24,000 nucleotides of DNA from Clostridiales bacterium (GTDB taxonomy: Bacteria > Bacillota > Clostridia > Caldicoprobacterales > DTU083), in NCBI GenBank assembly GCA_012842605.1, contig DUSN01000070.1, positions 66,668-90,667 of the forward strand, written 5' to 3'. Of the stretch, positions 8,685 through 16,692 are shown in pieces (the stretch's first letter is position 1; each line of letters starts with the position of its first letter). The notes below the pieces were generated by a model that saw only the letters and a program-made list of their open reading frames with translations, had not been told where the DNA came from and made no database searches. The translations under genes and the position numbers were made by a program.

Positions 8685-9416
8685 ATGAAAAAACCTGTCA
8701 TATATGCTCATAGAGGTGCGTCAGCCTACGCACCGGAAAATACCCGGGCTGCTTTCAGCAAGGCTTTGGATATGCAGGCTGGAGGTATAGAACTGGATGT
8801 TCACCTGTCAAAGGACGGCTATCTGGCAGTTTGTCATGACGAAAGAGTAGACCGCACCAGCAGCGGTTCGGGCTGGATAAAGGACATGACATTGAAAGAA
8901 CTGAAAGAACTGGATTTCGGTTCATGGTTCAGCAATGAGTATGAAGGCGAGCGCATACTGATACTGGAAGAAGTGCTGGAGATGCTTAAAGATTGGGATG
9001 GCATTTTAAACATTGAATTAAAATCAGGCATCATTCTATATGAAGGTCTGGAAGAAAAGGTAATAGGCGTGCTTAAAGATTTCGACAGACTGGACAATGT
9101 TATCATCTCTTCATTCAATCACTACAGCTTGCTTGCTGTTAAAAAGCATGAACCCAGGCTGAAAATTGGCCTGTTGTATTCAGCAGGCTTAGTAGAGCCT
9201 TGGGAGTATGCAAAAAGAGTGGGTGCTGAAGCCGTTCATCCGTTGTATTTCAGCATGCTGCCTCCCATTGTCAATGGCTGCAGGGAACATGGAATAATTA
9301 CAAATGCATGGACTGTAGACAAACCTGAACATATACGCAATCTTGCCTTGGCCGGAGTGGACGGAATAATAACCAATGTACCGGATGTGGCAAAGGAAAT
9401 AATAGATCTTTTGTAA
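8685..9416 (+). CDS. Glycerophosphodiester phosphodiesterase (GDPD family, GlpQ/UgpQ-like, cytoplasmic type)
   Basis: IYAHRGASAYAPENT...GGIELDVHLSKDGYLAVCHDERVDRTS...LNIELK is the GDPD signature. AAGGAGG lies 7 nt upstream of the ATG. No signal peptide is present. Confidence 0.85.
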   Translation: MKKPVIYAHRGASAYAPENTRAAFSKALDMQAGGIELDVHLSKDGYLAVCHDERVDRTSSGSGWIKDMTLKELKELDFGSWFSNEYEGERILILEEVLEMLKDWDGILNIELKSGIILYEGLEEKVIGVLKDFDRLDNVIISSFNHYSLLAVKKHEPRLKIGLLYSAGLVEPWEYAKRVGAEAVHPLYFSMLPPIVNGCREHGIITNAWTVDKPEHIRNLALAGVDGIITNVPDVAKEIIDLL

Positions 9417-9444
9417 TAATATTGTAATTTATTCGTAATAACCT

Positions 9445-9473
9445 TTGTCTACTTCTATACGTCCAAATATGAT
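9445..9473 (+). promoter_or_regulatory. Candidate sigma-A-like promoter for the VanW-family gene
   Basis: TTGTCT (9445-9450), a 17-nt spacer, then TATGAT (9468-9473). The intergenic context is AT-rich, so a false positive is possible. Confidence 0.4.
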
Positions 9474-9518
9474 ATAGTTTTATATAGCCATGAGTGTATA
9501 TATTTGGGAGGAAATTGA

Positions 9519-11087
9519 ATGAAAGTTAAATATCTCCTGATCATTTTACTAGTAGTTGCTGCTATAGTTACTGCCGGATTTGCTTATAAGAATTACCGGG
9601 AGCGTTTGGCTGAAGAACAATGGATTGCACATATGACTGATACAGTAGAGCGTGACACCTTTTATGAAGGTCTGTATCTTGACGATGTAGCACTGGGCGG
9701 GCTCACTCTCCAGGAAGCTATGGCTATGTTTGAAAAAAGTGCTCAGGACCGCCTGGACAATTTGAAGGTGGAACTGGTATATCAGGATAAGAACTGGACT
9801 TTTACCTATGAAGACATTAAAGCTCACATTGACTGGGAAGAAAAACTAAATGAATTATACCAGATTGCAAGGAAAGGCAGCCTGGAAGAGCGATATGAGA
9901 AGGTAGAATCCATCCGTGAAAACAATGTACGGATGGAAACCACTCTTACCATGGATATAAGCCAAATCCAGGAAGAAATCAATGCTATTGCAGACAGCCT
10001 GGCCATTGAACCGGTTGATGCGCAAATTGACTTTTATCCGGCTAAGGAAGAAAAATTCGTTATTACTCCTGAGTCAGACGGTCAAATGGTGGATGCAGGT
10101 ACTCTGTATAACTTGGTACAGCAAGTGTTTAACTTCGGACAACCGGGTGAGATAACCATTGAGCCTGTAGTGGTAGAAGCAAAGGTTCGTGCGGCTGACC
10201 TGGAAAAGGCTACTGCAAAAATAGTTACTTTCTACACTGACATGAGTGGCAGTACCGAAAACCGTATGCACAATATCGGGCTTGCACTGAAAAAAATCAG
10301 CGGAACAAAAGTGAACCCGGGCGAGGTTTTCTCCTTTAACGGTACTGTTGGACCCAGGACCGAAAAAGCAGGGTTTAAGCTTGCCGGAGTCATAATGCCG
10401 GACAAGAGCCTGCAGGACGGCATAGGCGGCGGCATATGCCAGGCTTCTTCCACCGTATTTAATGCAGTTGCTCTTGCAGGACTGGAAATCGTGGAGAGAT
10501 ATCACCATTCCTTCCCCATATCCTACCTGCCGGCAGGAATGGATGCCACAGTATCCTGGGGCGGTGCAGACTTCAAGTTCAGGAATAACAAAAATACACC
10601 TGTTTTTATCCATGCATACAGAAAAGGTACCCGTGCCTATGTAGAAATATACGGGGAACCAATTCCCAACAACGGCCAATACAAGCTTGTAACCGAACTG
10701 ACTCAAAAATACGCTGCTCCTGCACCAAAGAGGGTACTTGATACTGAAGGCAAATATGTTAGTGCAGCAGGCGGAGAGTATGAGTACGTCAAGTCCAGGG
10801 AAGGATTGCGCATAAACACTTACAGAGTGCTGTACGAAAACGGGAAGCGGGTTTCTTCAGAGCTGCTGTGCAAAAACTATTACCAGCCGATACAGGGCAT
10901 TATCTATTACAGAGAGCCTGCTGCAACACCGAAACCTACGGACAAGCCGGGCACAACAACAGAACCTACAAAGAAACCAGAACAGCCCGATCCGTCACCG
11001 ACAGCTGAGCCGACGCCAACACCAAAACCATCACCGACACCTGAACCTTCAGAACCTGCTGATAACGGCGATGACGGTGAAAATTGA
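9519..11087 (+). CDS. VanW/YoaR-family membrane-anchored protein with G5-like domain and Pro/Thr-rich C-terminal tail
   Basis: N-terminal TM helix. Peptidoglycan-binding-like segment (LYLDDVALGGLTLQEA). VanW core (GGGICQASSTVFNA...VSWGGADFKFRNN). G5-like stretch (YVKSREGLRINTYRVLYENGKRV). The tail reads TPKPTDKPGTTTEPTKKPEQPDPSPTAEPTPTPKPSPTPEPSEP. Confidence 0.8.
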   Translation: MKVKYLLIILLVVAAIVTAGFAYKNYRERLAEEQWIAHMTDTVERDTFYEGLYLDDVALGGLTLQEAMAMFEKSAQDRLDNLKVELVYQDKNWTFTYEDIKAHIDWEEKLNELYQIARKGSLEERYEKVESIRENNVRMETTLTMDISQIQEEINAIADSLAIEPVDAQIDFYPAKEEKFVITPESDGQMVDAGTLYNLVQQVFNFGQPGEITIEPVVVEAKVRAADLEKATAKIVTFYTDMSGSTENRMHNIGLALKKISGTKVNPGEVFSFNGTVGPRTEKAGFKLAGVIMPDKSLQDGIGGGICQASSTVFNAVALAGLEIVERYHHSFPISYLPAGMDATVSWGGADFKFRNNKNTPVFIHAYRKGTRAYVEIYGEPIPNNGQYKLVTELTQKYAAPAPKRVLDTEGKYVSAAGGEYEYVKSREGLRINTYRVLYENGKRVSSELLCKNYYQPIQGIIYYREPAATPKPTDKPGTTTEPTKKPEQPDPSPTAEPTPTPKPSPTPEPSEPADNGDDGEN

Positions 11088-11114
11088 TACACTAAAGAAT
11101 AAATGCTCATAAAG

Positions 11115-11150
11115 AAGGAGGTATGTTTGATACATGCCTCTTTGTTTTAT
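11115..11150 (+). terminator. Intrinsic terminator after the VanW-family gene
   Basis: AAGGAGGTATG (11115-11125) pairs with CATGCCTCTTT (11133-11143) across a 7-nt loop: 11 bp including two G-U pairs. GTTTTAT follows. Confidence 0.6.
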
Positions 11151-11153
11151 CTA

Positions 11154-11182
11154 TTGAAAAGCATAAATATTAAATATATTAT
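11154..11182 (+). promoter_or_regulatory. Candidate sigma-A-like promoter for the udk-like kinase gene
   Basis: TTGAAA (11154-11159), a 17-nt spacer, then TATTAT (11177-11182). Confidence 0.4.
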
Positions 11183-11237
11183 TTTTTCTGCATGCTGGCA
11201 TAATATCGATATAGGCATTTTTGAAAGGGGACTGTTA

Positions 11238-12896
11238 ATGGTTAATAAAGTTACTGTAAATTGGAATGGCAGAGAAATCAAGGTAAACAGCGGCACTACC
11301 CTGCAGGAATTCGCCAGAGAATATTCGGAATCGACTGCACCTATAGTATTAGCTGCAAAAGTTGATAATAAAGTGAGAGAACTATCCTATCCCATAACGC
11401 AGGATTGCAAAGTTGAAACAATAGATTTGTCAATGAAGGATGGCGAGCGCATATATGCACGAAGCCTGGTATTTGTATTTATACGGGCATGCAGGGAATT
11501 ATTTCCGGATTGCAAAGTAACTATTGAGCATTCCTTTGGCGGCGGTTTGTATTGCGAGGTTCATGGAGATTTTACTCTGACGCCCCGGAGGGTCGAACGA
11601 ATAGAGAAGCAAATGCGTGACATAATCCAGAACGATGAACCCTTTGAAAAAATAGACATGCCAAAAGAAAAGGCAAACAAAATATTTGAAGAGATGGGCT
11701 GGTTTGACAAAATTGAAATCATGAAGTACCGGCCGGAAGATACCATAAGCTTGTACCGATGCGGCTGGATGACTGATTATCTGTTTGGATATATGGTGCC
11801 TTCCACCGGTTACCTTAAGGAGTTTGGGCTGAAATTTTACCTGCCGGGGGTCATTCTGCAATTTCCCTGCTGTGATGATCCAATCCAGATACGCCCCTTC
11901 CACGACAATCCGAAGCTGTTCAAGGTATTTCGCCAGGCTGAAAAATGGTCTACTGCCCTGGGGATTAGAAATATTGCTGATCTGAACAAGTGCATAGAAG
12001 AAGGAAGAGGGCCTGAACTGATCAGAATTTGTGAGGCCTATCATGAGAAGCAGATTGCAGCAATTGCAGATTTAATAGCTCAGCAGAAGGATGATGTAAG
12101 GCTGATACTGATTGCTGGCCCTTCCTCTTCCGGTAAAACCACCTTTGCGCAGCGGCTCAGGGTGCAGCTTATGGTTAACGGCCTGTATCCTGTTCCAATT
12201 TCCATGGATAATTATTTCTTTAACCGTGATCAGGTGCCGGTAGACGAAAACGGGGAACAGGACCTGGAGTCCATTGATGTTATTGATCTGGAGTTGTTTA
12301 ACGAGCATATGACCCGCCTAATTCAGGGCCAGGAAGTTGAAATCCCCCACTATAATTTCGTGACAGGAAAAAGAGAATATATAGGTAATGTAATTAAATT
12401 GTCACATGATCAGCCGATAATTGTTGAGGGAATTCATGGACTGAACGAAAAGCTGACAGAGATGATACCCAGTGAAAATAAATATAAGATATATATTAGT
12501 GCATTAACTCAGCTAAATGTGGATGATCATAACCGGATACCAACCACTGATGCAAGGCTGATTCGAAGAATGGTGCGGGATTATCAGTTCCGCGGCACTC
12601 CTATAGAGGATACTTTAGGCATGTGGCCATTTGTAAGGAGAGGGGAGGAGAGGAATATATTCCCCTTCCAGGAGTCTGCCGATATCATGTTCAATTCAGC
12701 CCTGCTTTATGAACTGGCGGTTCTGAAGCCTTTTATACTGCCATTGCTGGATAATGTAACAGAAGATAGTATATATTACCCGGAAGTAAACAGATTAAAG
12801 AAGTTTCTTAAATATTTCGTTGACCTGGGTCCTGCCGATATTCCCAACAATTCAATTATAAGAGAGTTCATAGGAGGAAGTGTTTTCGGGGTGTAA
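11238..12896 (+). CDS. Uridine-kinase/phosphoribulokinase-family P-loop kinase fused to a ThrRS-like N-terminal region (TGS-like plus second additional domain)
   Basis: Walker A GPSSSGKTT at mid-protein, followed by Udk-like blocks (ISMDNYF, IIVEGIHGLN, IYISALTQLN, RRMVRDYQFRG). The N-terminus (VTVNWNGREIKVNSGTTLQEFA...IEHSFGGGLYCEV...RIEKQMRDII) resembles the ThrRS TGS/N2 region. I chose ATG 11238 (AAAGGGG upstream) as the start, because the upstream 45 codons overlap a terminator and a promoter. Confidence 0.75.
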   Translation: MVNKVTVNWNGREIKVNSGTTLQEFAREYSESTAPIVLAAKVDNKVRELSYPITQDCKVETIDLSMKDGERIYARSLVFVFIRACRELFPDCKVTIEHSFGGGLYCEVHGDFTLTPRRVERIEKQMRDIIQNDEPFEKIDMPKEKANKIFEEMGWFDKIEIMKYRPEDTISLYRCGWMTDYLFGYMVPSTGYLKEFGLKFYLPGVILQFPCCDDPIQIRPFHDNPKLFKVFRQAEKWSTALGIRNIADLNKCIEEGRGPELIRICEAYHEKQIAAIADLIAQQKDDVRLILIAGPSSSGKTTFAQRLRVQLMVNGLYPVPISMDNYFFNRDQVPVDENGEQDLESIDVIDLELFNEHMTRLIQGQEVEIPHYNFVTGKREYIGNVIKLSHDQPIIVEGIHGLNEKLTEMIPSENKYKIYISALTQLNVDDHNRIPTTDARLIRRMVRDYQFRGTPIEDTLGMWPFVRRGEERNIFPFQESADIMFNSALLYELAVLKPFILPLLDNVTEDSIYYPEVNRLKKFLKYFVDLGPADIPNNSIIREFIGGSVFGV

Positions 12897-12990
12897 TCAG
12901 CAAACTGGCGGAATGCAGACATAGATAAAAATATATATGCTGCCGGGATGAATATTGTTAAATTTGCCTGATACCATCGCGTTCATTGTC

Positions 12991-13019
12991 TTTACAACAT
13001 ATAGGGACATTGGTATAAT
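12991..13019 (+). promoter_or_regulatory. Sigma-A-like promoter with extended -10
   Basis: TTTACA (12991-12996), a 17-nt spacer, then TGgTATAAT (13011-13019). Confidence 0.5.
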
Positions 13020-13115
13020 ATAAGGCAAAGCATGAGTTAAGGGTGGTGGGTATTAAGTGGACGACGGTCCTTGTAATTATTATAATGGCTTTTGGAAAAA
13101 TACGGGTTATGTAAT

Positions 13116-13170
13116 AAGACAATGAGTCCCTTCTGATATCTTGGCTGGGATTTATTGTCTTTTTGTTTTT
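13116..13170 (+). terminator. Strong intrinsic terminator inside the 5' leader of the CNNM gene (candidate attenuator)
   Basis: AAGACAATGAGTCCC (13116-13130) pairs with GGGATTTATTGTCTT (13147-13161): 15 bp including two G-U pairs, with a 16-nt loop. TTTGTTTTT follows. The GGAGGG ribosome-binding site at 13189-13194 is only about 20 nt downstream. Confidence 0.6.
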
Positions 13171-13203
13171 AACCAATTATTTTTCCATGGAGGGCGAAGT
13201 GTT

Positions 13204-14499
13204 TTGTTAACTCAAATTATAGTCATTATTGTATTAATTATGCTTAATGCTTATTTTGCAGGTTCAGAAATGGCCCTGGTTTCATTGAATGATACTAAAA
13301 TCAGGATAATGGCAGAAGAAGGCAATAAGAAAGCTGTAATGGTCAGGAATCTGCTTAATGAGCCAAGCAAATTCCTGTCTACGATACAAGTTGGAATTAC
13401 ATTGGCAGGATTCCTTTCCAGTGCATTTGCATCAGAAGCTTTTGCCGACAGGCTTGTAGAGTGGCTGTTTTCTATTGGCATATCAATGCCGGCAGGTGTT
13501 TTGAAACCTGCTGCGGTAGTTCTGATAACCCTTGTATTATCTTATTTTACACTTGTGTTTGGGGAGCTGGTGCCAAAGCGTCTGGCAATGCAGAATGCAG
13601 AAAAGCTGTCTCTCAAGGTTGTAGGCCCGCTGCGTGTATTGGCAGCTGTTACATCTCCCATCGTAAAGCTCCTTACGGTATCCACTAACTTTTTTGTCAA
13701 GGTTGCAGGCGGAAACCCTAACGCTGAAACCGAGGAGGTAACCGAGGAAGAAATCCGCATGATGATTGACGTAGGTGAGGAAAAGGGTTCAATAGATGAA
13801 ATTGAAAAAGAGTTTATAAACAATGTTTTTGACTTTGATGACAAAGTAGTGGCAGATATCATGACTCACAGGACCAGGGTGGCAGCCATACCGGTTGATG
13901 CCAGCCTGGATGAAATTTTAGAGCTTATAAATTCTGAAAAGTATACCAGAATCCCTGTATATGATGATACAATAGATAATATAGTAGGTATTCTTCATGC
14001 AAAGGATATACTACAGTTTCTGACCAATAAAAACGAAACTGCTTTTGATATCCATAAGCTGATGAGAAAGCCATATTTTGTACCTGAATCCAAAAAGCTG
14101 GATGATTTATTCAGAGAGCTGCAGGTAAAAAAAATACACATGGTTGTAGTTGTAGATGAATATGGTGGTACAGCAGGAATTATTACTGTTGAAGATCTGC
14201 TGGAGGAGATTGTCGGGAATATTTTTGATGAGTATGACGAAGAAGAACAAAAGTATGAAAAACTGGATGACTCCACTTATATTTTCGACGGATCCATCAG
14301 CCTGGAACAGGTAGCTGAGATTATAGGCGTAACGCTGCCGGTGGAGGATTATGATACTTTGAGCGGATATATAATAGGCCAGCTCGGGCAGATTCCTGAT
14401 GAAGGAGAAAAGCCTGTAGTGGAAATGGATAACCTTGTCTTCAAGGTAGAAGAAATAGATGAGAAAATGATCTCTAAAATTAAGGTTTGCAAGGCATAA
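13204..14499 (+). CDS. CNNM/CorC-TlyC 'hemolysin family' membrane protein (DUF21 + CBS pair + CorC_HlyC)
   Basis: DUF21 N-terminus (LNAYFAGSEMALVS, GELVPKRLA), a CBS-pair region (IMTHRTRV...IPVYDDTIDNIVGILHAKD...HMVVVVDEYGGTAGIITVEDLLEEIVG) and a CorC_HlyC tail. I chose TTG 13204 as the start, 9 nt after GGAGGG. The ORF-track start at 13141 lies inside the terminator hairpin. Confidence 0.85.
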   Translation: MLTQIIVIIVLIMLNAYFAGSEMALVSLNDTKIRIMAEEGNKKAVMVRNLLNEPSKFLSTIQVGITLAGFLSSAFASEAFADRLVEWLFSIGISMPAGVLKPAAVVLITLVLSYFTLVFGELVPKRLAMQNAEKLSLKVVGPLRVLAAVTSPIVKLLTVSTNFFVKVAGGNPNAETEEVTEEEIRMMIDVGEEKGSIDEIEKEFINNVFDFDDKVVADIMTHRTRVAAIPVDASLDEILELINSEKYTRIPVYDDTIDNIVGILHAKDILQFLTNKNETAFDIHKLMRKPYFVPESKKLDDLFRELQVKKIHMVVVVDEYGGTAGIITVEDLLEEIVGNIFDEYDEEEQKYEKLDDSTYIFDGSISLEQVAEIIGVTLPVEDYDTLSGYIIGQLGQIPDEGEKPVVEMDNLVFKVEEIDEKMISKIKVCKA

Positions 14500-14537
14500 T
14501 TGCTGTACTGCATTATATGCTGTACTAAAAGGGAAGG

Positions 14538-15353
14538 TTGGGTTATATTTTGCTTTCTGATTTTTTAAAGGGTTTGGTTATTGGGATCGGCGCTATTGCA
14601 CCAGGCATAAGCGGGGGTTCCTTAGCAGTTATACTTGGAATTTACGAAAGAATTACCGGTGCCATAGCTAATATGTTTGATGATTTCTGGAAAAAGGTAA
14701 AAGAGTTTCTGCCCATGGCAGCAGGCGGAGTAATAGGTGTTGTGGGATTCAGCAATATTGTCACTTTTTTGTTTAAGAATTATGAGATAGAAGTTAAATA
14801 TCTGTTTATAGGCTTGATGGCGGGAACATTCCCATCGCTGCGCAGACAAGCTGACAAGCATGGGTTTAAAATTATCTATTTAGTTCCCTTTGTGATTACG
14901 CTGGCTGCTGCTATATGGTTCGCTGTTTCGGAAAATACAGAAGCAGGCAGTTCTGTCGTATACAGGGCAGATGTTATTATGCTGGCTGTATATGGTGCAA
15001 TTATAGGCTTTGGCACAATAATACCGGGAATCAGCGCTTCATTTTTATTGATGTACCTGGGTGCTTATGATATACTCATGGAAGGTATTTCCCGTCTTAA
15101 CCCGGCAATTTTAATACCGGCCGGTTTAGGTTTTGTTGTCAGCATTTTGGCTTTTTCAAAACTGATAAACCTGTTGTTCAAAAAGGCCTATGGTTATACC
15201 TATTACGCTGTATTTGGCTTAACCCTGGGATCTGTTCTGGCTATATTTCCCGGGTTTGAACTGGGCTGGCGCTATCTGCTGTGTACGCTTCTGCTGGTCG
15301 CGGGATTTGCCCTTTCATTGTATTTAAGCCGTTTTGAAGCTAAAGAAAGCTGA
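14538..15353 (+). CDS. DUF368-family polytopic membrane protein (family implicated in undecaprenyl-phosphate translocation, PopT-type)
   Basis: Duplicated family signature: APGISGGSLAVILGIYE near the N-terminus and IPGISASFLLMYLGAYD in the second half. The protein is hydrophobic throughout. The start may be TTG 14550 rather than 14538, because GGGAAGG abuts 14538. Confidence 0.8.
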   Translation: MGYILLSDFLKGLVIGIGAIAPGISGGSLAVILGIYERITGAIANMFDDFWKKVKEFLPMAAGGVIGVVGFSNIVTFLFKNYEIEVKYLFIGLMAGTFPSLRRQADKHGFKIIYLVPFVITLAAAIWFAVSENTEAGSSVVYRADVIMLAVYGAIIGFGTIIPGISASFLLMYLGAYDILMEGISRLNPAILIPAGLGFVVSILAFSKLINLLFKKAYGYTYYAVFGLTLGSVLAIFPGFELGWRYLLCTLLLVAGFALSLYLSRFEAKES

Positions 15354-15371
15354 AAAAAATCAGGGGGTTTT

Positions 15372-16613
15372 TTGTTGAAAAAGCAAAATAGAATATTATC
15401 AATTTTAATTATATGCGTATTCGTGGCATTTCTCACTTCATGCTTTTTTAATCTGCTGCCGTGGAATGATGATGTGGATTCACCGTCTGAGACCGAACCG
15501 GTCAATGGGGAGGACCCGTCACAAACAATTGAGCCGACTCCTGAGCCTTCGCCTACACTCAGAGGAAGAACAACCCTGAGGATTAAAGCGGTAGGAGATA
15601 TTATGATGCATATGCCGCAGGTCAGAGCAGGCAAAAAATCTGACGGCACATATGATTTCAGCCATTTTTTTGAAGACATAAAGCCCTTCCTGGAAAACGG
15701 CGACATTGTCATGGGCAACCTGGAAACTACCATAAGCAATGATGAAAAGGGTTATGGCGGATATCCCATGTTTCGTACTCCGGAAGCATTGCTGCAGGCT
15801 TTAAAAAATGCCGGATTTAATGTACTGACAACAGCAAATAATCATACGCTGGATGGCAAGGAATTCGGTGCAGTCAACACCTTGGACAAGCTTGATGAAT
15901 ATGGCCTGCTCCATACGGGCAGCGCTCGCAGCCAGGAAGAGCGGGATCGGGTATTAATCGTGGAAAAGAATGATATAAAGGCAGGAATTCTTGCCTACAC
16001 CTATGGTACCAACGGAATGGAAGTTACCATTCCAAAAGACAAGCTTCCATATATGGTAAATTACATTGATCGGGACATGATGCGCCAGGATGTCAACAGA
16101 GCCCGGGAAGCAGGAGCAGAAATAATAATAGTCTGCATCCACTGGGGTGACGAATATGTCAGGAAACCCAACGACTTCCAAAAGGAAACTGCGGATTATC
16201 TTATATCCTTAGGCGTAGACATCATCTTAGGCAGTCATGCTCATGTTCTGCAGCCAATGGAACGAAGGAAAGTTACCTTGGATGATGGTACGGAAAAGGA
16301 AATATTCTTAATTTATTCACTTGGCAATTTCATTTCCAATCAACGGGACAGATATACGGACAGCGGTGTTATTATAGACTTGGAAATTATAAAGGATTAT
16401 GACAAGGGCACCATTGAATTGGGCGGAATTTCATATACGCCAACCTGGGTATACAGGTTTGATAAAAACGGAAAGCCGGATTACAGGATACTGCCGGTGA
16501 AGCAATTCATGAATGATGAGGACAGCCTGAAGGGTGCTGATTTAGAGCGCATACGGGCTGTATGGAATGAAACAACCTCGCACTTGGGCGATGAAGGTTT
16601 CAGTGCAGAGTGA
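15372..16613 (+). CDS. CapA/PGA_cap-family metallophosphatase-like lipoprotein
   Basis: Lipobox LTSC, then a Pro/Thr/Glu-rich linker (EPTPEPSPT). The CapA-like core follows: LRIKAVGDIMMH...NLETTIS...LTTANNHTLD...IIIVCIHWGDEY...ILGSHAHVLQP. Confidence 0.8.
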   Translation: MLKKQNRILSILIICVFVAFLTSCFFNLLPWNDDVDSPSETEPVNGEDPSQTIEPTPEPSPTLRGRTTLRIKAVGDIMMHMPQVRAGKKSDGTYDFSHFFEDIKPFLENGDIVMGNLETTISNDEKGYGGYPMFRTPEALLQALKNAGFNVLTTANNHTLDGKEFGAVNTLDKLDEYGLLHTGSARSQEERDRVLIVEKNDIKAGILAYTYGTNGMEVTIPKDKLPYMVNYIDRDMMRQDVNRAREAGAEIIIVCIHWGDEYVRKPNDFQKETADYLISLGVDIILGSHAHVLQPMERRKVTLDDGTEKEIFLIYSLGNFISNQRDRYTDSGVIIDLEIIKDYDKGTIELGGISYTPTWVYRFDKNGKPDYRILPVKQFMNDEDSLKGADLERIRAVWNETTSHLGDEGFSAE

Positions 16614-16625
16614 TGTAAATACAAT

Positions 16626-16685
16626 ATGCTCTCCCTGGTGTCAGCTATAAATTGGAATGCAGGCATCAGGGAGAGCATTTTTATT
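16626..16685. terminator. Hairpin shared by the convergent capA-like (+) and folT (-) genes
   Basis: ATGCTCTCCCTG (16626-16637) pairs perfectly with CAGGGAGAGCAT (16667-16678). TTTTATT follows on the + strand, and the flank on the - strand is moderately T-rich. The loop is large (29 nt). Confidence 0.5.
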
Positions 16686-16692
16686 CAGAACA

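Noticed and set aside
10074-10706. A 210-aa minus-strand ORF inside the VanW gene, together with 11499-12044 (-) inside the kinase gene and 15272-15739 (-) across the DUF368/CapA junction
   Set aside because: All are antisense to genes with clear family signatures. I recognised no domain-like motifs or ribosome-binding sites.
11103-11237. The N-terminal extension of the udk-like ORF, and the strong AAGGAGG at 11115-11121 as a ribosome-binding site for TTG 11127
   Set aside because: AAGGAGGTATG is the 5' arm of the terminator hairpin that follows the VanW gene. The extension would read through that terminator and a promoter-like region and would encode AT-rich nonsense. ATG 11238 has its own ribosome-binding site and begins the conserved TGS-like sequence.
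13026-13115. Assignment of the CNNM leader to the M-box, yybP-ykoY (Mn2+), guanidine-II (mini-ykkC), c-di-AMP (ydaO) or fluoride riboswitch classes
   Set aside because: It is too short for an M-box or ydaO element. It lacks the GGGGAGUAG-type yybP-ykoY core. GGACGACGGUCC superficially resembles an ACGR-loop hairpin, but the flanks do not pair as in mini-ykkC, and the gene context (CNNM) does not fit guanidine exporters. I leave it unclassified.
12958-13203. ORF 12958-13176 (-) and the TTG 13141 start of the CNNM ORF
   Set aside because: Both overlap the promoter and terminator leader. The 13141 start lies in the loop of the terminator hairpin, whereas TTG 13204 is correctly spaced from GGAGGG.
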